From: Eledone cirrhosa
Lineage: Eukaryota
Length of the DNA: 64,000 nucleotides
NCBI GenBank assembly: GCA_964016885.1
Contig: OZ024753.1
Location: 26,412,001 to 26,476,000 of the forward strand
Direction: 5' to 3'
A program made the position numbers and the translations under genes. Positions 24,201-34,400 of this stretch are shown piece after piece. Positions within the stretch are counted from its first letter, which is position 1. Each line of letters starts with the position of its first letter. The notes under the pieces are model-generated. The model saw only the letters and a program-made list of their open reading frames with translations, was not told the origin of the DNA and ran no database searches.

Positions 24201-27200
24201 GGTGCCGTTACCTATGTTGTAAGGGTGCTATTACCTATGTTGGGAGGGTGCCGTTACCTATGTTAGGAGAGTGCCGTTACCTATGTTGGGAGGGTGGTGC
24301 TACCTATGTTGGGAGAGGGCCGTTACCTATGTTAGGAGAGTGCTGTTACCTATGTTGGCAGGGTGCCGTTACCTATATTGGGAGAGTGCCGTTACCTATG
24401 TTAGCAGGGTGCCGTTACCTATGTTAGGAAGGTGCCGCTTCCTATGTTAGGAGAGTGCCATTACCTATGTTAGGAGGGTGCCATTACCTAAGTTAGGAAA
24501 GTGCCATTACCTATGTTAGGAGGGTGCCGTTTCCTATGTTGGGAGGGTGCCGTTACCTAAGTTGGGAGAGTGCTGTTACCTATGTTGGGAGGGTGCCGTT
24601 ACCTATGTTGGAAGGGTGGCGTTACCTATGTTGGGAGAGTGCGAGTACCTATGTTAGGAGAGTCCCATTACCTATGTTAGGAGGGTGCCATTACCTATGT
24701 TGGAACAGTGCGGTTACCTATGTTAGGAGGGTGCCGTTACATATGTTGGGGGGGTGGCGTTACCTATGTTGGGAGAGTGCGAGTCCCTATGTTGGGAGGG
24801 TGCCGTTACCTATGTTGGGAGAGTGCCGTTACCTATGTTAGGAGGGTGCCGTTACCTGTTAGGAGGGTGCCTTTACCTATGTTAGGAGGGTGCCATTACC
24901 TATGTTTGAAGGGTGCCGTTACCTATGTTAGGAAGATGCCGTTACCTATGTTAGGAGGGTGCCGTTATCTATGTTGGGAGGGTGACATTACCTATTTTAG
25001 GAGGGTGCCATTACCTATGTTGGGAGAGTGCGAGTACCTATGTTAGGAGGCTGCCGTTACCTATTTTGGGAGAGTGCCATTACCTATGTTAGGAGGGTGC
25101 CATTACCTATGTTAGGAGGGTGCCATTACCTATGTTGGAAGGGTGCCTTTACCTATGTTGGAAGGGTGACGTTACCTATGTTAGGAGGGTGCCTTTACCT
25201 ATGTTAGGAGAGTACCATTACCTATGTTGGGAGGGTGCCGTTACCTATGATGGGAGAGTGCCGTTACCGATGTTGGGAGGGTGCCGTTACCTATTTGGGA
25301 GAGTGCCATCACCTAAGTTAGGAGGGTGCCGTTACCTATGTTAAGAGGGTACCTTTGATTATGTTGGAAGGGTGGAGTTACCTATGTTAGGAGGGTGCCA
25401 TTACCTATGTTGGAAGGGTGCCGTTACCTATGTTAGGAGGGTGCCGTTACCTATGTTTGGAGGGTGCCGTTATCTATGTTGGGAGAGTGCCATTACCCAT
25501 GTTAGGAGGGTGTCGTTACCTATAATGGGATAGTGCCATTACCTATGTTGGGAGGGTGTCGTTACCTATGTTAGGAGGGTGCCATTACCTATGTTGGAAG
25601 GGTGCCGTTACTTATGTTAGGAGAGTGCCGTTACGTATGTTGGGAGGGTGCTGTTACCGTTGTGGGAAGAGTGCAAATACCTATGTTGGGAGGGTTCCGT
25701 TACCTTTGTTGGAAGGGTGCCGTTACCTATGTTAGGAGGGTGCCGTTACTTATCTTGGGAGGGTGCCGTTACCTATGTTATGAGGGTGCCGTTACTTATG
25801 TTGGGAGAGTGTCGTTACCTATGTTGGGAGAGTGCCGTTACCTATGTTAGGAGGGTGCCGTTACCCATGTTAGGAGAGTGCCATTACCTATCTTGGGAGT
25901 GTGACGATACCTATGATGGGAGAGTGCCGTTCCCGATGTTGGGAGGGTGCCGTTACCTATTTGGGAGAGTGCCATCACCTATGTTAGGAGGGTGCCGTTA
26001 CCTATATTAGGAGGGTACCTTTAATTATGTTGGATGGGTGCCGTTACCTATGTTGGGAGGGTGCCGTTACCTATGCTTGGAGAGTGCCGTTACCTATGTT
26101 GCGAGGGAGCCGTTACCTATGTTAGGAGGGTACCTTTCATTATGTTGGAAGGATGCCGTTACCTATGTTAGGAGAGTGCCATTACCTATGTTAGAAGGGT
26201 GCCATTACCTATGTTGGAAGGGTGCCTTACCTAGGTTAGGAGGGTGCCATTACCTATGTTAGGAGAGTGCCATTACCTATGTTAGGAGGGTGCCGTTACC
26301 TATGTTTGGAGGGTGTCGTTACCTAAGTTGGGAGAGTGCTGTTACCTATGTTGGGAGAGTGCCGTTACTTATGTTGGAAGGGTGGCGTTTCCTATGTTGG
26401 GAGAGTGCGAGTACCTATGTTAGGAGAGTGCCATTACCTATGTTAGGAGGGTGCCATTACCTATGTTAGGAGGGTGCCATTACCTACGTTGGAAGGGTGC
26501 CGTTACCTATGGTGGGAGAGTGCCATTACCTATGTTGGGAGGTGGGTCGTTACCTATGTTAGGAGGGAGCCATTACCTATTTTGGAAGGGTGCCGTTACC
26601 TAAGTTGGGAGAGTGCTGTTACCTATGTTGGGAGGGTGACGTTACCTATGTTGGAAGGGTGGCGTGACCTATGTTGGGAGGGTGCCGTTACCTATGGTGG
26701 GAGAGTGCCGTTACCTATGTTGGGAGGGCGCCGTTACCTATGTTGGGAGAGTGGCGTTTCCTATGTTGGAGGGTGCCGTTCCCTATGTTGGGAGAGTCTT
26801 GGAAGCGTGCCGTTACCTATGTTGGGAGGGTGTCGTGACCTATGTTGGGACAGTGCCATTACCTATGTTGGAAGGGTGCAGTTACCTATGTTAGAAGAAT
26901 GTCGTTACGTATGTTGGGAGGGTTCCTTTACCTATGTTGGGAGAGCGCCATCACCTATGTTAGGAGGGTCCCATTACCTATGTTGGAAGGGTGTCGTTAC
27001 CTTTGTTGGAAGGGTGCCGTTACCTCTGTTTGGGGGTGCCGTTACCTATGTTGTAAGGGTGCTATTACCTATGTTGGGAGGGTGCCGTTACCTATGTTAG
27101 GAGAGTGCCGTTACCTATGTTCGGAGGGTGGTGCTACCTATGTTGGGAGGGTGGTGCTACCTATGTTGGGAGAGTGCCGTTAACTATGTTAGGAGAGTGA

Positions 27201-30200
27201 CGTTACCTATATTGGGAGAGTGCCGTTACCTATGTAAGCAGGGTGCCGTTACCTATGTTAGAAAGGTGCCGCTACCTATGTTAGGAGAGTGCCATTACCT
27301 ATGTTAGGAGGGTGCCATTACTTATGTTGGAAGGGTGCCATTACCTATGTTAGGAGGGTGCCATTACCTAAGTTATGAGAGTGCCATTACCTATGTTAGG
27401 AGGGTGTCGTTTCCTATGTTGGGAGGGTGCTGTTACCTAAGTTGGGAGAGTGCTGTTACCTATGTTGGGAGGGTGGCGTTAGCTATTTTGGAAGGGTGGC
27501 GTTACCTATGTTGGGAGAGTGCGAGTACCTATGTTATGAGAGTGTCATTACCTATGTTAGGAGGGTTCCATTACCTATTTTAGGAGGGTGCCATTACCTA
27601 TGTTGGAAGAGTGCGGTTACCTATGTTAGGTGGGTGCCGTTACATATGTTGGGAGGGTGGCGTTACCTATGTTGAGAGAGTGCGAGTACCTATGTTGGGA
27701 GGGTGCTGTTACCTATGTTGGGAGAGTGCCGTTACCTCTGTTACGAGGGTGCCGTTACCTGTTAGGAGGGTGCCTTTACCTATGTTAGGAGGGTGCCATT
27801 ACCTATGTTAGAAGGGTGCCGTTACCTATGTTAGGAAGGTGCCGTTACCTATGTTAGGAGGGTGCCGTTATCTATGTTGGGAGGGTGCCGTTACCTATGT
27901 TAGGAGTGTGCCATTACCTATGTTGGAAGGGTGCCGTTACCTATGTTAGGAAGGTGCCTTTACCTATGTTAGGAGAGTGCCGTTACCTATGTTGGGAGAA
28001 TGCCATTACCTATGTTAGGAGGGTGCCATTACCTATGTTGCAGGGTTCCGTTACCTATGTTAGGAGTGTGCTGTTACCTATGTTAGGGGAGTGCCGTTAT
28101 CTATGTTGAGAGGGTGCCGTTACCTATGTTTGGAGGGTGCCGTTACCTCTGTTAGGAGTGTGCTGTTACCTATGTTAGGAGAGTGCCGTTATCTATGTTG
28201 AGAGGATGCCGTTACCTATGTTGGGAGAGTTCCGTTACCTATGTTGGGAGAGTGCCGTTACGGATGTTAGGAGGGTGCCGTTACCTATCTTAGGAGGGTG
28301 CCGTTACCTATGTTAGGAGAGTGCCGTTACCTATGTTGGGAGGGTGCCGTTACCTATTTTGGGAGGGTGTCGCTACCTATGTTGGAAGTGAGCCATTACC
28401 TATGTTGGAAGGGTGCCGTTACCTATGTTAGGAGGGTGCCGTTACCTATGTTAGGAGAGTGCCGTTACCTATGTTGGGAGAGTGACGTTACCTATGCTGG
28501 GAGAGTGCCGTTACCTATGTTGGGAGGGTGCCGTTAACTATGTTGGGAGAGTGCCATCACCTATGTTAGGAGGGTGCCGTTACCTATGTTGGGAGGGTGC
28601 CGTTACCTATGTTGCGAGAGTGCCATTACTTATCTTAGGAGGGTGCCGTTACCTATGTTGGGAGAGTGTTGGAAGGGTGCCGTTACCTGTGTTGGGAAGG
28701 TGTCGTTACCTATGTTGGGATTGTGCCATTACCTATGTTGGGAGGGTGCAGTTACGTATGTTGGGAGGGTGCCGTTACCGTTGTTGAGAGAGTGCCAATA
28801 CCTATGTTGAGAGGGTTCCGTTACCTATATTAGTAGGGTGTCATTACCAATGTTAGGAGGGTGCCATTACCTATGTTGGAAGTGTGCTGTTACCTATGTT
28901 AAGCGGGTGCCATTACCTATGTTGGGAGGGTGCTGTCACCTATGTTGGGAGAGTGCCATTACCTATGTTAGGAGGGTGCGTTACCTATGGTAGGAGGGTG
29001 CCGTTACGTATGTTGGGAGGGTGCTTTTACCTATGTTAGGAGGGTGCCGATACCTATGTTAGGAGTGTGCTGTTACCTATGTTGGGAGAGTGTTGGAAGC
29101 GTGCCGTTACCTATGTTGGGAGGGTGTCGTTACCTATGTTGGGACAGTTCCATTACCTATGTTGGAAGGGTGCAGTTACCTATGTTAGAAGAATGTCGTT
29201 ACGTATGTTGGGAGGGTTCCCTTACCTATGTTGGGAGAGCGCCATCACCTATGTTGGGAGGGTGCCGTTACCTATGTTGTAAGGGTGCTATTACCTATGT
29301 TGGGAGGGTGCCGTTACCTATGTTAGGAGAGTGCCGTTACCTATGTTGGGAGGGTGGTGCTACCTATGTTGGGAGAGGGCCGTTACCTATGTTAGGAGAG
29401 TGCTGTTACCTATGTTGGCAGGGTGCCGTTACCTATATTGGGAGAGTGCCGTTACCTATGTTAGCAGGGTGCCGTTACCTATGTTAGGAAGGTGCCGCTT
29501 CCTATGTTAGGCGAGTGCCATTACCTATGTTAGGAGGGTGCCATTACCTAAGTTAGGAAAGTGCCATTACCTATGTTAGGAGGGTGCCGTTTCCTATGTT
29601 GGGAGGGTGCCGTTACCTAAGTTGGGAGAGTGCTGTTACCTATGTTGGGAGGGTGCCGTTACCTATGTTGGAAGGGTGGCGTTACCTATGTTGGGAGAGT
29701 GCGAGTACCTATGTTAGGAGAGTCCCATTACCTATGTTAGGAGGGTGCCATTACCTATGTTGGAACAGTGCGGTTACCTATGTTAGGAGGGTGCCGTTAC
29801 ATATGTTGGGGGGGTGGCGTTACCTATGTTGGGAGAGTGCGAGTCCCTATGTTGGGAGGGTGCCGTTACCTATGTTGGGAGAGTGCCGTTACCTATGTTA
29901 GGAGGGTGCCGTTACCTGTTAGGAGGGTGCCTTTACCTATGTTAGGAGGGTGCCATTACCTATGTTTGAAGGGTGCCGTTACCTATGTTAGGAAGATGCC
30001 GTTACCTATGTTAGGAGGGTGCCGTTATCTATGTTGGGAGGGTGACATTACCTATTTTAGGAGGGTGCCATTACCTATGTTGGGAGAGTGCGAGTACCTA
30101 TGTTAGGAGGCTGCCGTTACCTATTTTGGGAGAGTGCCATTACCTATGTTAGGAGGGTGCCATTACCTATGTTAGGAGGGTGCCATTACCTATGTTGGAA

Positions 30201-31428
30201 GGGTGCCTTTACCTATGTTGGAAGGGTGACGTTACCTATGTTAGGAGGGTGCCTTTACCTATGTTAGGAGAGTACCATTACCTATGTTGGGAGGGTGCCG
30301 TTACCTATGATGGGAGAGTGCCGTTACCGATGTTGGGAGGGTGCCGTTACCTATTTGGGAGAGTGCCATCACCTAAGTTAGGAGGGTGCCGTTACCTATG
30401 TTAAGAGGGTACCTTTGATTATGTTGGAAGGGTGGAGTTACCTATGTTAGGAGGGTGCCATTACCTATGTTGGAAGGGTGCCGTTACCTATGTTAGGAGG
30501 GTGCCGTTACCTATGTTTGGAGGGTGCCGTTATCTATGTTGGGAGAGTGCCATTACCCATGTTAGGAGGGTGTCGTTACCTATAATGGGATAGTGCCATT
30601 ACCTATGTTGGGAGGGTGTCGTTACCTATGTTAGGAGGGTGCCATTACCTATGTTGGAAGGGTGCCGTTACTTATGTTAGGAGAGTGCCGTTACGTATGT
30701 TGGGAGGGTGCTGTTACCGTTGTGGGAAGAGTGCAAATACCTATGTTGGGAGGGTTCCGTTACCTTTGTTGGAAGGGTGCCGTTACCTATGTTAGGAGGG
30801 TGCCGTTACTTATCTTGGGAGGGTGCCGTTACCTATGTTATGAGGGTGCCGTTACTTATGTTGGGAGAGTGTCGTTACCTATGTTGGGAGAGTGCCGTTA
30901 CCTATGTTAGGAGGGTGCCGTTACCCATGTTAGGAGAGTGCCATTACCTATCTTGGGAGTGTGACGATACCTATGATGGGAGAGTGCCGTTCCCGATGTT
31001 GGGAGGGTGCCGTTACCTATTTGGGAGAGTGCCATCACCTATGTTAGGAGGGTGCCGTTACCTATATTAGGAGGGTACCTTTAATTATGTTGGATGGGTG
31101 CCGTTACCTATGTTGGGAGGGTGCCGTTACCTATGCTTGGAGAGTGCCGTTACCTATGTTGCGAGGGAGCCGTTACCTATGTTAGGAGGGTACCTTTCAT
31201 TATGTTGGAAGGATGCCGTTACCTATGTTAGGAGAGTGCCATTACCTATGTTAGAAGGGTGCCATTACCTATGTTGGAAGGGTGCCTTACCTAGGTTAGG
31301 AGGGTGCCATTACCTATGTTAGGAGAGTGCCATTACCTATGTTAGGAGGGTGCCGTTACCTATGTTTGGAGGGTGTCGTTACCTAAGTTGGGAGAGTGCT
31401 GTTACCTATGTTGGGAGAGTGCCGTTAC
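15236..31428 (+). repeat. Satellite B array, block 1: 23-bp monomer TGCCRTTACCTATGTTRGGAGRG (~700 monomers)
   Basis: Direct tandem repeats of GGGTGCCGTTACCTATGTTGGGA begin abruptly at '...ctttaggtgccgtt' (15231-15244) and end at '...gccgttactta' (31421-31431). Copy number is estimated as 16.2 kb / 23. Confidence 0.98.
21710..24980 (+). repeat. Older ~2.2-2.3-kb-offset higher-order duplication within satellite B (~21710-22820 vs ~24000-24980)
   Basis: Shared rare variants include 'ggaagcgtgcc', 'gggacagt', 'ttagaagaatgtcgttacgtatg' (21831/24125), 'gagagcgccatcacc', 'gttgtaagggtgctatt' and the 2-bp deletion 'gttacctgttagg' (~22694/~24851). A more diverged relative lies at ~16800-17500. Confidence 0.8.
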
Positions 31429-31431
31429 TTA
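21722..31431 (+). repeat. 5,060-bp tandem duplication within satellite B (unit 21722-26781; second unit 26782-31431 truncated by the 32-kb breakpoint)
   Basis: ORF track offsets are exactly 5,060 (21782/26842, 23927/28987, 26038/31098). 'ggagagtcttggaagcgtgc' occurs at 21731 and 26791. Confidence 0.96.
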
Positions 31432-34400
31432 AGTCTACGTCTAAGACTTGGGGTTGGTCTTTAAGTCTAAGTTGGGAATTAAGTCTATGTCTAAGGCTTT
31501 GGTTTGGGATTTAAATCTAAATGTAAGGCTTGGGGGTTTGTGTTTAAGCCTAAGTCTAAGGCTTGGGGTTGGGGTTTAAATCTAAGGCTTGGGGTTAGGG
31601 TCTAAGTCGAAGGCTTGGTGTTAGGGTTTAAATCTAAGTCTAATGCTAGTGGTTGGGTTGTAAGTTAAGTCTAAGGCTTGGGCTTGGGGTTTAAGTCTAC
31701 GTCTAAGGCTTGGGGTTGGGGTCTAAGTCTATCTCTAAATCTTGGGGTTGGGGATTAAATCTATGTCTAAGGTTTTGGGTTGTGATTTAAGTCTAAGTCT
31801 AAGGCCTGGGGTTGAGGTTTAAATCTAAGTCTAAGGCTTGGAATTTGGGGTTTAATTTTAAGTCTAAGGCTAGGAGTTGGGGCTCAAGTGTAAATCTAAG
31901 GGTTGGGTTTAGCGTTTATATCTATGTCTAAGTCTTGGGGTTTAAGTCTAAGTCTACGTCTTGAGGTTGGCGTTTAAGTCTAAGTCTAAGGTTTGGAGCT
32001 GGGGTTTAATTTTAAGTCTAAGTCTTGAGGTTGGCGTTTAAATCTATGTCTATGGCTTGGAGTTTAAGTCTAAGTGTAATGCTAGTGGTTGAGTTTTAAG
32101 TCTAAGTCTAAGACTTGGGGTTGAGGTACAAGTATAAGTCTAAGGCTTGGAGTTGGGGTTTAGGTCTACGTCTAAGGCTTGAGGTTGGAGTTTAAATCTG
32201 TCTATGGCTTGGGGTTGGGGTTTAAATCTATGTCTATGGCTTGGGGTTTAAGTCTAAGTCTAAGGCTTATGGTTGGGGTAAGTCTAAGTCTAAGGCTTGG
32301 GTTTAATTCTAAGACAAAGGGTTGGGGTTGGGGTTTAAGTTTAAGTCTAAGGCTAATGAATTGGTGTTTAAGTCTAAGTCTAAGGCTTGGGGTTGGGGTT
32401 TATGTCTAAGCCTTGTGGTTATGGTTTAATTCTAAGGCTTGGAGTTGGGGTTTAAGTCTAAGTCTAATGCTAGTGGTTGGGGTTTAAGTCTAATTCTAAG
32501 AATTGCGGTTGGGGTTCAAGTCTAAGTCTAAATCTTGGGGTTGTGGTTTATGTCGATGTCTAAAGCTTGGGGTTGCGGTTTCAGTCTGTGTCTAAGGCTT
32601 GGGGTTGTAGTTTAAGTCTAAATCTAAGGCTTGGGGTTGGGGTTAGGTTGTACGACTAAGACATGTTGTTAGGGTTTAATTGTAAGGCTTGCTGTTGTGG
32701 TTTAATTCTATTTATAAGGCTTTGGGTTTGGGTTTAATTCTAAGTCTAAGGCTTTGGTTTAAGGGTTGGGGTTAGGGTTTAAGTCTGAGGCCTTGAGTTG
32801 GGCTTTCAGTCTAAGTCTAAGTCTTGGGGTTGGGGTTTAAATCTAAGTGTAAGGCTTTGGGTTGAGGTTTAAGTCTATGTCTAATGCTTGTGGTTGGGTT
32901 TAAGTCTAAGTCTAAGACTTGGGGTTGGGGTTTAAGTCTAAGGCTTGGGGGTTGGGGTTTAAGCCTAAGTCTAACGCTTGGGGTAGGGGTTTATGTCTAA
33001 GGCTTGGGGTTAGGGTTTATGTCTAAGGCTTGGTGTTGGGGTTTAATTCTAAGTCTAAGGCATGGGTTTAATCTAAGTCAAAGGCTTGGGGTTGGGGTTT
33101 AAGTCTAAGGCTTGGGGTTAGTGTTTATGTCTAAGGCTTGGGGTTGGGGTTCAAGTCTAAGTCTAAGGCTTGGGGTTGGGGTTTAAATCTATGTCTATTG
33201 CTTGGGCTTTAAGTCTAAGTCTAAGGCTTGGAGTTGGGGTTTAAATCTAAGTCTAATATTTGTGGTTGGGGTTTATGTCGATGTCTAAAGCTTGGGGATG
33301 GGGTTTAAGTCTATGTATAAGGCTTGGGGTTGGAGTTTAAGTCTAAATCTAAGGCTTGGGGTTGGCGTTTAAGTTTACGGTTTGGACTAAGGCTTGGGGT
33401 TGGGGTTCGGTTTTAAGACTAAGTCTTGTTGTTAGGGTTTAATTCTAAGTCTAAAGCTTTGGTTCGGGATTAGTGTCTATGTCTAAGGCTTGAGGTTGTG
33501 GTTTAAGTCTAAGTCTAAGTCTTGGAGTTGGGGTTTAAGTCTAAGTCTAAGCCTTGGTGTTGGGGTTTAAGTCTAAGTTTAAGGCTTGGGGTTGGGGTTT
33601 AAGTCTAAATCTAAGGCTTCGGGTTAGGGTTTAAGTTTAAGTCTAAAGCTTCGGTTTGCGGTTTAAGTCTAGCTAAGGCTTGGGGTTGGTCTTTAAGTCT
33701 AAGTTGGGAATTAAGTCTATGTCTAAGGCTTTGGTTTTGGGTTTAAATCTAAATGTAAGGCTTGGGGGTTTGTGTTTAAGCCTAAGTCTAAGGCTTGGGG
33801 TTGGGGTTTAAATCTAAGGCTTGGGGTTAGGGTTTAAATCTAAGTCTAATGCTAGTGGTTGGGTTGTAAGTTAAGTCTAAGGCTTGGGCTTGGGGTTTAA
33901 GTCTATCTCTAAATCTTGGGGTTGGGGATTAAATCTATGTCTAAGATTTTGGGTCGTGATTTAAGTCTAAGTCTAAGGCCTGGGGTTGAGGTTTAAATCT
34001 AAGTCTAAGGCTTGAAATTGGGGTTTAATTTTAAGTCTAAGGCTAGGAGTTGGGGCTCAAGTGTAAGTCTAAGGCTTGGGTTTAGCGTTTATATCTATGT
34101 CTAAGTCTTGGGGTTTAAGTCTAAGTCTACGTCTTGAGGTTGGCGTTTAAGTCTAAGTCTAAGGTTTGGAGCTGGGGTTTAATTCTAAGTCTAAGTCTTG
34201 AGGTTGGCGTTTAAATCTATGTCTATGGCTTGGAGTTTAAGTCTAAGTGTAATGCTAGTGGTTGGGTTTTAAGTCTAAGTCTAAGGCTTGGGGTTGAGGT
34301 TCAAGTATAAGTCTAAGGCTTGGGGTTGGGGTTTAAGTCTACGTCTAAGGCTTGAGGTTGGAGTTTAAATCTATGTCTATGGCTTGGGGTTTAAGTCTAA

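Larger units (their letters stand above)
1..31431 (+). repeat. ~31.98-kb tandem duplication, left copy (first ~552 bp outside window)
   Basis: Essentially every ORF-track entry from 199 to 31322 recurs 31,980 or 31,981 bp later (the 18659 ORF is altered by the G-run indel), and private monomer variants are shared in the same order. Confidence 0.97.

Noticed and set aside
21722-26781. 5,060 equals exactly 220 x 23, suggesting perfect phase conservation
   Set aside because: By hand count the unit contains three 12-bp deletions plus 10 bp of 1-2-bp deletions (46 bp), so it is about 222 monomers. The exact multiple looks coincidental.
15236-31428. CRISPR-like array (23-bp or 32-bp repeats)
   Set aside because: Repeats are head-to-tail with no unique spacers, no leader and no cas genes.
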